Positions 1 through 8,183 of a stretch of 64,000 bases of DNA are shown here, one piece after another. A model generated the notes under the pieces. That model saw only the letters and a program-made list of their open reading frames with translations, did not search any database and was not told the DNA's origin. A program made the position numbers and the translations under genes. The stretch is from Candidatus Xenobia bacterium (lineage in GTDB: Bacteria; Vulcanimicrobiota; Xenobia; Xenobiales; JADMJV01). Every line of letters starts with the position of its first letter. Positions within the stretch are counted from its first letter, which is position 1. The DNA lies in assembly GCA_037968995.1 (NCBI GenBank), contig JBBKWP010000282.1:4426-68425 (forward strand), in the 5' to 3' direction.

Positions 1-650
1 ATGTTTTCGCGACGTTCGAGGGTTCGAACCCCGTGCTTTTACAGCTTGTCGCCAAGGGACTGCTCACCGGCTATCGCCATCAGTTCAGCGGGAACAAATT
101 TTTTGGGATCGTAAAGTATCTCACGAACAAAGCCGCCGTGGTGCTGAGCGAGCAAAACCCACTGACCACTCGCAATGTTGATCCCGCCCATTTAAGGGAC
201 CCTGAGTTCGCACTTTCCGCGCTTCGTTATCGCGAGGATTCGCTTCTAGTGTCCGCCGCCCGTCGCTTGAAGAGTCGCCTAGATAAGAAAATGGACTCCT
301 TTGAGGCTTTCAACGAGTGCCAGGATCATTTGTGTACCTTGGCGCTGGCCCACATCGAACGTGCGATTTTGGAGAGTTTTCAGAACGCGGTCAACGGCTG
401 CCCGGACCCTGAAGCAAAGAAAGTCCTCTCCAAACTCTGCACCCTTTTCGCCCTCACTCGAATTGAGAAAGATGCCGGTTGGTTTTTGGAATCCGGATTG
501 CTGGAGCCCAGTAAATCTAAAGCCATCCGCAACCAAAACCTCAAGCTTTGCGCAGAACTCCGACCCGACGTTCGTTCCTTGGTCGATGCCTTTAACTTTC
601 CCGACAAGATCCTCTCAGCACCCATTGCCCTCGGCGAGGTGCCTGCCTGA
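1..650 (+). CDS. Acyl-CoA oxidase, C-terminal portion (5' end lies outside the window)
   Basis: Frame 3 is open from nt 3 to the TGA at 648-650. The translation '..ATFEGSNPVLLQLVAKGLLTGY..' resembles the TFEG(D/S)N..LLQ motif of acyl-CoA oxidases. It is followed by an all-helical ACOX-type C-terminal domain ('..LVDAFNFPDKILSAPIA'). Recognised by eye. Confidence 0.7.
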   Translation, partial: VFATFEGSNPVLLQLVAKGLLTGYRHQFSGNKFFGIVKYLTNKAAVVLSEQNPLTTRNVDPAHLRDPEFALSALRYREDSLLVSAARRLKSRLDKKMDSFEAFNECQDHLCTLALAHIERAILESFQNAVNGCPDPEAKKVLSKLCTLFALTRIEKDAGWFLESGLLEPSKSKAIRNQNLKLCAELRPDVRSLVDAFNFPDKILSAPIALGEVPA

Positions 651-1447
651 AGGTCTGTGATCCGCACTGCCACCTAGACGACCCCCTTCTCGACGACGAT
701 CTCGAAGAATGCCTCCAATTAGCCGCGGAGTCTGGAATCGGGGGGATCTTGATACCCGGTTTCGGCCCCGAACGTTGGCCACGTCAGTCGAGACTTTTAG
801 CTCTCGAAAGTCCACTCAAAATGTGGGGGGCCTTTGGGTGGCATCCTTGGGCCTTAGAGTCTTTAGAGGACCCCGCTGGGTACTCGGAGGGCCTAGAAAG
901 CGGCTTTGAGACGTTCGCAAGCCATTGGGGCCACCAACTCAAAGCCATCGGCGAATTTGGTCTCGACCGAAGTCGGATGGGGCAAAGAGTTTGCGATCAA
1001 GACCAAAGGACTGTCTTCGCCCTTCATCTCGATTGGGCTCAAACGCTAGACCTGCCGGTCATCCTTCACATCGTCAAAGCTGACGGGGCGGCTATAGAAG
1101 CTTTGAGGAACAACCCACCAAAGCGAGGCGGTGTCGTCCATTCCTACAGCAGTCATCTCGAGATGCTCCCTCGCTACGCCGAACTCGGCTTGTCTTTTAG
1201 CTACTCAAGTTCCCTGCTCAAGGTCCCGAAGGTGCAAGAGGCGCTTCGTAAAACCCCTGAGGACCGGCTCATGTTCGAAACCGATGCGCCTCAATCGCTA
1301 CGTCAAAATTTCGTAAAACCATGGGGTCCGCACCATCTCACGAAAATCGTGGAGGCGGCTTCGCAGATTTTAGGAAAAAGTGTAGAATGGTGCTGGTCCT
1401 GCCACCGTGAAAACTGCGAAAGGGTTTTCGGCCTCTATCTTTCATAA
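647..1447 (+). CDS. TatD-family metal-dependent hydrolase/DNase (start uncertain; ORF track starts at TTG 749)
   Basis: TatD motifs are present: 'GEFGLDRS', 'LPVILHIVKA', 'VVHSYSS', 'FETDAP'. The N-terminal 'CDPHCHLDD' HxH motif is encoded in frame at 656-682, upstream of the first canonical start. CTG 647 is the only near-cognate start codon available. Confidence 0.8.
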   Translation: MKVCDPHCHLDDPLLDDDLEECLQLAAESGIGGILIPGFGPERWPRQSRLLALESPLKMWGAFGWHPWALESLEDPAGYSEGLESGFETFASHWGHQLKAIGEFGLDRSRMGQRVCDQDQRTVFALHLDWAQTLDLPVILHIVKADGAAIEALRNNPPKRGGVVHSYSSHLEMLPRYAELGLSFSYSSSLLKVPKVQEALRKTPEDRLMFETDAPQSLRQNFVKPWGPHHLTKIVEAASQILGKSVEWCWSCHRENCERVFGLYLS

Positions 1448-1479
1448 TGGTTTGACCGAATATTTAGGGAGTAAGACCT

Positions 1480-2319
1480 TTGAGTACCAGCACAGTAGAG
1501 ATTGATGAGAACTACAAACTCCACCGGAGATTCGACCGCATTGGACGACTAGTCGGCGACGACGGCATGGCCAAGCTCTTCGCGTCTCGAGTGGCCGTGA
1601 TCGGCTTAGGCGGCGTGGGAAGTTTCGCCGCAGAATCTCTCGTGCGCAGTGGAATTGGGTGTGTGGATCTCGTGGACTTTGACTTGGTCTGCATTACCAA
1701 CAGTAACCGCCAGCTTCAAGCTATGAAGGGCACCATCGGGAAACCTAAAGCCGAGATCCTTGCGAATCGCCTGTCCGACGTGAATCCCAAAGCGATCATC
1801 AACGGAATTCAGTACTTTTACAACGATCGTACCTCGGAAAAGATACTGCGCCCCGCCGGTCAGCCTTTAGACTTTGTCGTGGACGCTATCGACAACGTGA
1901 CCGCGAAATGCCATCTGTTAGCGACCTGTCGTGAATGGGGCATTCCTGTGGTGACCTCGACCGGGGCCTCCGGGCGCTGGGACCCTACCGCCATTAGGGT
2001 GGAAGACTTGGGGAGAACTACAGTGGACCCTTTAGCTCGAGACGTGAGAAAAATTCTCCGAACACAATACGGCTTTCCGGACGGCAAGAAGGCTAAATTC
2101 GATATCCCGGCCGTCATTTCGACCGAACCCGCCGGAAAACCAATGGACCTGACCTATGACAACGGTGAAGGATTCCGCTGTGTCTGTCCCGGCGGTAGCA
2201 ACGGAATGCATTCCTGTGAGAAGCGCTCGGTCATCTACGGTACCGCGGGCTTTGTCACCGGCACCTTTGGGCTGGTCTGTTCCTCGGTGGTCGTTAAGAG
2301 TATAGCCGGGCCGAAGTGA
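1480..2319 (+). CDS. tcdA: tRNA threonylcarbamoyladenosine (t6A) dehydratase, ThiF/E1-like
   Basis: 279 aa. It has the 'VAVIGLGGVGSFAAESLVRSGIG..DLVDFD.VC.TNSNRQ' Rossmann/E1 motif, 'VVDAIDN', and the C-terminal 'GTAGFVTGTFG' typical of TcdA/CsdL. TTG start preceded by GGGAG about 7 nt upstream. Confidence 0.85.
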   Translation: MSTSTVEIDENYKLHRRFDRIGRLVGDDGMAKLFASRVAVIGLGGVGSFAAESLVRSGIGCVDLVDFDLVCITNSNRQLQAMKGTIGKPKAEILANRLSDVNPKAIINGIQYFYNDRTSEKILRPAGQPLDFVVDAIDNVTAKCHLLATCREWGIPVVTSTGASGRWDPTAIRVEDLGRTTVDPLARDVRKILRTQYGFPDGKKAKFDIPAVISTEPAGKPMDLTYDNGEGFRCVCPGGSNGMHSCEKRSVIYGTAGFVTGTFGLVCSSVVVKSIAGPK

Positions 2320-3263
2320 ATTCTTACCTCGGTATTCACCTCGGGCGTTTCGTTATGACTGCCCAACTGGTCACCGAGGATGGAACACCTTGTCTTTCTG
2401 AAAGGCGACGCTTTTCGGAGGGAAATGATGTGGCCTTGGGACTCGTTTCTCTCTTGGAGGAATGGAGCAGCCACCAGGCCTGGCAGACCCTAAAAGGCCT
2501 TGGTTTGGGACTTGAAAAGTCTCAGAGGCTTCATCTTCCTTCAGCACTGCTTCGAGAGCGTCTTCCAAAAAGTGCGAACTTGGTGATGCTCCCCGCCACT
2601 CAAGCGATTTTATTGGGTGCGATTCCATACGCCCCAGGTCTTTTAATCAGCCTGGGAAGCGCTCTGCGCCTTGCGACATGTGACTCGACTCACGTCTATC
2701 GAGAGTTTCGTTTGCAGGAAGGCGGCGGGGCTTGGTGGGTTCAGGAGCTATTGCGAATCTCAGAGCATAGCCCCAGACTGCGACAGCGCTTGTCCGCACT
2801 TGGTGCGAACGAGTCGCAGTTGCTGCGTGCCGTACCGTCCCTCTTGGAACTTGCGGATTACCCGGGGCCGGACCCGGTTCTCAAGATTCGTCTGGACGGT
2901 CTTTGCACCACCATCGCCAACAGTTGCCTAGGGCTCAGTTCTCGTCTTCCGGGACTCGGAAGAGTCGCTCTTTCTGGATTTTTGCATCCCAGCCCCATGT
3001 CTCAGCGCATCACTCGGAACCTGACCGAACAGGATACCCATTTACGTATACCTAAGCCCCGATTTCCCGCCTCTGTCGGCGCAGCCCTCGTGGCCTTGGC
3101 TGCCCACAAAGAGATGCAAGAACGACAACTTTTAGGGAAATCGTCCCAAAGCAGCGGAGAAGCAGCGAAGCTGGGAGATTGGGGCGCCCCGGTCGACCTG
3201 ATCAGACGCCTCTATCGCATCCGCAAACCCTTCGATAGGTATCCCAGCCCTGACGACCTATGA
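2316..3263 (+). CDS. Hypothetical protein, ASKHA (BadF/BadG/BcrA/BcrD- or GlcNAc-kinase-like) fold with degenerate phosphate-1 loop
   Basis: 315 aa. The N-terminus 'LGIHLGRFVMTAQLVTEDG' sits where the GIDGGGT loop would be. A 'QEGGGAWWVQELL' region resembles the GGWG..LGD segment, and the C-terminus has 'SVGAALVALA'. GTGA overlap with tcdA and ATGA overlap with the next gene. Confidence 0.4.
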   Translation: MNSYLGIHLGRFVMTAQLVTEDGTPCLSERRRFSEGNDVALGLVSLLEEWSSHQAWQTLKGLGLGLEKSQRLHLPSALLRERLPKSANLVMLPATQAILLGAIPYAPGLLISLGSALRLATCDSTHVYREFRLQEGGGAWWVQELLRISEHSPRLRQRLSALGANESQLLRAVPSLLELADYPGPDPVLKIRLDGLCTTIANSCLGLSSRLPGLGRVALSGFLHPSPMSQRITRNLTEQDTHLRIPKPRFPASVGAALVALAAHKEMQERQLLGKSSQSSGEAAKLGDWGAPVDLIRRLYRIRKPFDRYPSPDDL

Positions 3264-3973
3264 CAGACCCTCGACGAAAGCGCCAAAGAAACTCCTTGCG
3301 CCCAGAACAGAAACCGAAAGGGGGACTGTTTGCTGAACTGGCCTGGGGAACGGCCCTCTCACTCTATGAGTGTGTGCTTTTGGGAGACAAAGCTTGGTGG
3401 TGGAAAATGCACTACGGACTTTGGAAAGCCTATATCGGCTGGAATCCCGATCGGGTTCTCGACAGTCTAACGGACGAAGAATACCGAGACACTCTCGCCT
3501 ACGGCGAAACTCCAGCTTCCACCATCCTTCGCGCCTTAGCCATCTGTCGCCATCACTTTCCCGACGCCGACTCTCTAACGGACCTCGGGGCAGGTCGCGG
3601 TATGATCGCTATGACAGCGGCGGCCAACGGATGGGATGTACTCGCCTTGGAATACCTCAAAGAGTTCGTCAAACGCTCTGAGCCTTTAACCCGTCGTTGG
3701 GGTTGGTCCGTGGATTGGGTTCAAGGCGATTTCTTAGTCCTTCCCCTCCCCTGCAGCGACATCATCCACGTGGCTGCTACCGCTCTCCCCTTAGATACTC
3801 GCCAACTCTTGGAGAACAAGTTCGCCGCGGAATGTGGCCCGGAACAGGGAATACTTTTGCAAGACTGGATCCTCGACGAGGAGCGCTTCGAAGCCCTCGT
3901 GGGGATCCGATTGCCCGTCACCTGGGGAAGCTCCTACTTCACTCTTCATCGGCCTAAGCAGAACGTCGGCTGA
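3260..3973 (+). CDS. Class I SAM-dependent methyltransferase
   Basis: 237 aa. Motif I is 'LTDLGAGRGMIAMTAA', followed by the acidic post-I 'VLALEY' and 'VQGDF'. Translationally coupled to the upstream gene (ATGA). Confidence 0.7.
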   Translation: MTDPRRKRQRNSLRPEQKPKGGLFAELAWGTALSLYECVLLGDKAWWWKMHYGLWKAYIGWNPDRVLDSLTDEEYRDTLAYGETPASTILRALAICRHHFPDADSLTDLGAGRGMIAMTAAANGWDVLALEYLKEFVKRSEPLTRRWGWSVDWVQGDFLVLPLPCSDIIHVAATALPLDTRQLLENKFAAECGPEQGILLQDWILDEERFEALVGIRLPVTWGSSYFTLHRPKQNVG

Positions 3974-3975
3974 GT

Positions 3976-4659
3976 GTGGATTTACAGGAACCCAAGGAAC
4001 TGGGACGGAATCAGAGGTCTTTGCAAGCCAACGATTCCAACAGCCCTGCTCCCCCACTACCCGTGTCGCTACTCTCTGACCTGAGACACCGTAGCGGGCT
4101 CATGGCCGGAGCCCCCGCCCACGCAGAACTTGGGACGGCTAGACCGGCTGTGGTTTTCGCGCCACTGGTTTTACCTGACTGGGACGGTTCCATCAACGAT
4201 GCCAAATTTCTGTTCATCAAACGGTCGTCCCATATGCGTCGTCACGCCGGTCAAGTCGGCTTTCCGGGCGGCGTGATCGACGGCCAAGACGAGAACCTTT
4301 TGGAAACGGGCTTTCGTGAGTCTCATGAAGAGATCGGGCTGAGTCGTAAAACGGTGGAAGTCCTCTGTTCGCTCTCTCCGAGAGCTGTGCCCAGCGGATT
4401 CCATCTCTACCCTTTTTTCGTCGCCACGGTCCAACGCGAGTTTATCTTACAGGAATCCGAAGTCGAAGCTGTCCATCTTGTGCCGGTCCAAGAGCTTTTG
4501 GATTGCAAATTTCGAGCCGAACAGAAGGAATGGCAGGGCACTCAATATCGTGTGGTCTACTTCGATCTCGACGAGCTGTGCATCTGGGGTATCACCGGGC
4601 GGATTCTCGAAGTCGTCCTCGAAACTTTCTTCGATTGGAAACCCCGGCACAATGAGTGA
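3976..4659 (+). CDS. Nudix hydrolase, CoA pyrophosphatase subfamily (NudL/Pcd1-like)
   Basis: The 'FLFIKRSSHMRRHAGQVGFPGG' NuCoA-type motif is followed directly by the Nudix box '..GFRESHEEIGL'. GTG start 2 nt after the previous stop; an internal ATG at 4102 is an alternative start. Confidence 0.75.
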   Translation: MDLQEPKELGRNQRSLQANDSNSPAPPLPVSLLSDLRHRSGLMAGAPAHAELGTARPAVVFAPLVLPDWDGSINDAKFLFIKRSSHMRRHAGQVGFPGGVIDGQDENLLETGFRESHEEIGLSRKTVEVLCSLSPRAVPSGFHLYPFFVATVQREFILQESEVEAVHLVPVQELLDCKFRAEQKEWQGTQYRVVYFDLDELCIWGITGRILEVVLETFFDWKPRHNE

Positions 4660-5596
4660 TCTAGGTGGCCAACTTAGCATCACTTTGCTCTGCGGGGGCG
4701 TCGGAGGCGCGCGCGCAGCGCTCGCCTTGAGTGAGAATTTTCCGTCCAATCAACTCACCTTTATCGTCAACACAGGCGATGACTTTTTGCACATGGGTCT
4801 CGAGATTTGGCCAGATTGGGACACCGTCGTTTATCACCTTTCCCAACTCAGTGATGACCAACGGGGGTGGGGACGCGCCGACGAGGGACTTCGTTGCATG
4901 GAAGAGTTCGGTCGCTTGAGGGCCCCCATTTGGTTTCACCTAGGCGACCGAGATCTCGCCTTGCACGTTTATCGGACGTGGCAACTGAAATCTAAAAGTG
5001 CGCATCGCGTAGCCTCTGACATCACTAGCGCTCTTGGGATTCCAACGACCGTTTTACGCGTTACCGAGGAGAGCTTAGCGACCTCCTTACTACTCAAGGA
5101 TCGAACTGTTATGGATTTTCAAACCTGGTTCGTAGGACATCAAAGCGGACCCGAAGTCCAAGGGGTGCTGGTTCCTGGAGCCGCTCAAGCCTCCGTCACA
5201 CCGGGTGTCCTAGAAGCCATTGCTTCTTGCGACCTGTTGTTATTCGCCCCGTCTAATCCATTCTTGTCGCTGGATCCGATCCTGAAAGTCCCCGCCGTGG
5301 CAGAGGCTGTCGCGCGCCGAAGCGGACCAAAGTGGGGGATCAGCCCGCTCTGGAACGGCAAAGCTGTGAAAGGCCCCTTAGACAGCCTGCTCGCTCAAAT
5401 CGGCACGTCCCGAGGCCAACAGGGAATCGTTGACTACTTTCGTGTCTGGGTCGATAGGCTGCTCCTCCCCGAGTCCGAACGAGTAGGTCTCGTCTCTGGA
5501 GACCTAGCCTTGGAGGGATGTCGAACCTTGCTCGCCGATCGCTTGAAAAGACGTGAATTTTGCACCGATCTGAAGACACTTTGGAGCAAGCTCTGA
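4652..5596 (+). CDS. cofD: 2-phospho-L-lactate transferase (F420 biosynthesis, CofD/FbiA)
   Basis: 'ITLLCGGVGGARAALAL', 'VNTGDDF.HMGL.IWPDWDTVVYHL' and 'RGWG' are CofD hallmarks. I prefer ATG 4652 ('MSDLGGQLSITLL..'), an 8-nt overlap with the Nudix stop, over the ORF-track start 4478. Confidence 0.85.
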   Translation: MSDLGGQLSITLLCGGVGGARAALALSENFPSNQLTFIVNTGDDFLHMGLEIWPDWDTVVYHLSQLSDDQRGWGRADEGLRCMEEFGRLRAPIWFHLGDRDLALHVYRTWQLKSKSAHRVASDITSALGIPTTVLRVTEESLATSLLLKDRTVMDFQTWFVGHQSGPEVQGVLVPGAAQASVTPGVLEAIASCDLLLFAPSNPFLSLDPILKVPAVAEAVARRSGPKWGISPLWNGKAVKGPLDSLLAQIGTSRGQQGIVDYFRVWVDRLLLPESERVGLVSGDLALEGCRTLLADRLKRREFCTDLKTLWSKL

Positions 5597-6171
5597 TGAT
5601 CGCTTTTTTTCTCCCTTTCAAAGGCCTCGAGACGGCCAAGAGTCGTTGGCCGATCGACGATGCCCCGAAAAAGCGTCTGCTCTTAGAGCTCCTTCAGCGA
5701 AATTTAGAAACCGTGGCGGGCGCCGTGGGACGAAACTCGACCTACCTCGTCACTCCTGACCAACAGTGTCTCGAGCAGTTTTATCACTATCCGGGGATCC
5801 ACACCCAAGGCTTGGGTCTCAATCAGGACCTCGAAGAAGCCCGCCGCTGGATCACAGATCGAGTTGAATTAAATGGATTGGGAATTCTCCTTCCCGATCT
5901 TCCCGACCTGTCCACCAGTGATATGGAGACCCTGCTCGCGATATCGGCGGACGCGGAAGTGACACTCTGCCCCGACCACAAAGAGGTGGGGACAAATGCC
6001 ATTGTCCTACGGCCTCCAAACTGTTTAAGGTTTTGCTTCGAAGGGTCATCTTATCAACGCTACCTCCAAGAAGCCCGGTTACAGGAACGTACAATCTTGA
6101 CGGTTCGTCGATCCGGACTGGCTCAAGATTGTGACCTGCCCGAAGATTTAAGGAGACATTCGTATCTATGA
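5596..6171 (+). CDS. cofC: Phospho-lactate/enolpyruvate guanylyltransferase (F420 biosynthesis, CofC/FbiD)
   Basis: 'MIAFFLPFKGLETAKSRW' matches the P.K...AKSRL motif. 'GLNQDL', 'LPDLPDL', 'GTNAIVL' and the C-terminal 'DCDLPEDL' are also present. ATG 5596 shares one nt with the cofD TGA (TGATG). Confidence 0.7.
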   Translation: MIAFFLPFKGLETAKSRWPIDDAPKKRLLLELLQRNLETVAGAVGRNSTYLVTPDQQCLEQFYHYPGIHTQGLGLNQDLEEARRWITDRVELNGLGILLPDLPDLSTSDMETLLAISADAEVTLCPDHKEVGTNAIVLRPPNCLRFCFEGSSYQRYLQEARLQERTILTVRRSGLAQDCDLPEDLRRHSYL

Positions 6172-6911
6172 CATCTGTAAGCATCATGGGGGTCGAAAAC
6201 TTACCGGAAATCCGTGCCGGAGACGACCTCGTCGGACTCTTGTGCGACGTCCGTCCAGCCTTGACCCAAGGCGATATTCTCGTGGTCACTCAAAAAGTCG
6301 TTTCCAAGGCGGAAGGCCGTGTCGTTCGTCTCGACACCGTGAAACCGCGTCCTAAAGCCGTTACCATCGGACGCGACATGGAAAAAGATCCCGCCTTGGT
6401 CGAACTCATCCTTCAGGAGAGCCAAGAGATCCTAAGGCAAGAGCGTGGTGTTCTCATTAGTCGAACCCATCACGGCTTCGTGTGTGCCAATGCGGGTATC
6501 GACCTGTCCAACGTAGACGGGGGCCAAAGCGCTTGCTTACTCCCTAAGGATTGCGATGGATCCGCTCAGAAGCTGTATCTCGGTCTTCGAGAACGATTGG
6601 GCTTCGCGGTGCCTGTCCTTATCAGTGACAGTTTCGGTCGACCGTGGCGTCAGGGAATTACCAACGTCACACTCGGCTGCGCGGGACTGGAGCCATTATT
6701 AGACTACCGTGGGCAACACGACGGTGAGGGTTTAGAAATGAAAGCGACCGTAGCGGCCGTGGCGGACGCGCTGGCCGCCGCCACCGAACTCGTGGTCGGG
6801 AAAAGCGACGGCACCGGGGCCACCATCATTCGGGGCTACATCTTCACACCGAGCGAATCGGCAAGGTTCGGGCCGACCTTGCGAGACTGGGAACACTGCT
6901 TCTTCCGATAG
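6168..6911 (+). CDS. cofE: Coenzyme F420-0:L-glutamate ligase (CofE), single-domain form
   Basis: 247 aa. Motifs 'VVTQKVVSKAEGR', 'HGFVCANAGID.SN' and 'ISDSFGRPWR.G' are present. ATGA overlap with cofC. It lacks the C-terminal nitroreductase-like domain of FbiB. Confidence 0.85.
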   Translation: MTSVSIMGVENLPEIRAGDDLVGLLCDVRPALTQGDILVVTQKVVSKAEGRVVRLDTVKPRPKAVTIGRDMEKDPALVELILQESQEILRQERGVLISRTHHGFVCANAGIDLSNVDGGQSACLLPKDCDGSAQKLYLGLRERLGFAVPVLISDSFGRPWRQGITNVTLGCAGLEPLLDYRGQHDGEGLEMKATVAAVADALAAATELVVGKSDGTGATIIRGYIFTPSESARFGPTLRDWEHCFFR

Positions 6912-7020
6912 CCGGCAGGCGCATCCACAGCCCCCTAGGTCGAGACGAGTAAACTCTCGATGGATTTCATGTAACATCTAGGACCTTGCAAAACGTCAAC
7001 AATGCACCATACTAGACCAG

Positions 7021-7512
7021 ATGCGCGCGGGAATCCATAGAACAGACTGTTGTGTCTTAACCAGAACAAGACGTAACTTTTGGGGAGCCACACTCGCGGA
7101 AGTGATCATCGGATTGGCACTTTTCGCGATGCTTAGCCTCGCTGTCACCGGAACCCTTATCCAAACAGCCAGACTCGACACGAAAGACGTCACGCTCACG
7201 GAATCGACAATCTTGGCCGACACACTCATGGAGAGACGGGTGAGTGATGCCCGCGAATATGAACGGTACCGCGACCTGTTGGGCACGCCTGACGGCGACT
7301 ATTGGACCCTGGAGTCCGACCGACCCGACAACCTTCAGACCCGCTATATCTACAGAGTTGAGGTTTCAGAACTCAATCCAGCTATGAAGCGGGTCATGGT
7401 CTCAGTCTCCCATCGAGATTCGGCTTTCCCAATTCCAACCCCGGACTTGAGTCAAGGCCAGAACGGCGTTGCCATCACAGTGGGAACCATGATCGCGGAA
7501 CCGGCCCGATGA
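7021..7512 (+). CDS. Prepilin-type N-terminal cleavage/methylation domain protein (minor pilin/pseudopilin-like)
   Basis: A basic leader 'MRAGIHRTDCCVLTRTRRNFWG' ends in Gly. It is followed by 'ATLAEVIIGLALFAMLSLAV' with Glu at +5 and a hydrophobic helix. Confidence 0.65.
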   Translation: MRAGIHRTDCCVLTRTRRNFWGATLAEVIIGLALFAMLSLAVTGTLIQTARLDTKDVTLTESTILADTLMERRVSDAREYERYRDLLGTPDGDYWTLESDRPDNLQTRYIYRVEVSELNPAMKRVMVSVSHRDSAFPIPTPDLSQGQNGVAITVGTMIAEPAR

Positions 7513-8183
7513 AGCGTCCATACGTGATAAGTGGACTCACCCTGGCCGAAGTTCTGGTCGCTTCCTCAGCTTTTGCTTTTGTTATGATGATCGGTATCGG
7601 AACGGTCAGTGTCGTGAAACGGAGTGGGGACCAACTCAGAGGTCGAAGCGAACCACGCCAACAGTTGCGGGTCTTACTGGGCAACCTGCAACGAGAGTTG
7701 CGCGCGGCGACCTTCATCTATTCACCAAATGTAAGCCTCGATTTCGGCTCCACTTATCAGCATGAATTCACCGGCGGTCCGCCCACGGATCCCTCTGACC
7801 CTCCAGTCCAGGAGGTTGTTTTCGCAAGATCCGAGAGCGCGGCCGTCGAACCAGAATACACCGTGGAGGCGCTCTTCCTTCAACAAGACCTGGGCCCGGA
7901 CCGCGCCTATGACGGGGCCCACAAGATCGTGCTCACCCGCATCGCTCGCCAAGTGGGTGTCACGCCCGGCAGTCCGGCCGACATACAACTCACCAATCTT
8001 CCGACCAGCGACATCAACGTCCGTACGTTCGCCACCGCCACTCCGGCCGAAGGTCTTCGGATCCGCCAAACGCCCACCGGGGATGGATTGATGTTCGAAT
8101 TCGTGATCGGCCATAAGACAGAGGGAGAGAGCATTCTTTACGAGACCTATCAGACTCATCTGACCATGAGGAACAATCGATGA
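7509..8183 (+). CDS. Prepilin-type N-terminal cleavage/methylation domain protein (minor pilin/pseudopilin-like)
   Basis: The 'MKRPYVISG' leader is followed by 'LTLAEVLVASSAFAFVMMIGIG' (Gly -1, Glu +5). ATGA overlap with the upstream pilin-like gene. Confidence 0.65.
   Translation: MKRPYVISGLTLAEVLVASSAFAFVMMIGIGTVSVVKRSGDQLRGRSEPRQQLRVLLGNLQRELRAATFIYSPNVSLDFGSTYQHEFTGGPPTDPSDPPVQEVVFARSESAAVEPEYTVEALFLQQDLGPDRAYDGAHKIVLTRIARQVGVTPGSPADIQLTNLPTSDINVRTFATATPAEGLRIRQTPTGDGLMFEFVIGHKTEGESILYETYQTHLTMRNNR

Noticed and set aside
20-31. A tRNA T-arm-like string GGTTCGAACCC at the very start of the window, with a similar GGGTTCGAACC near 21255.
   Set aside because: Both lie inside well-supported coding frames (acyl-CoA oxidase '..EGSNP..' and the Hsp70 gene). 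No acceptor, D or anticodon stems can be drawn around them. I found no tRNA gene in the window.
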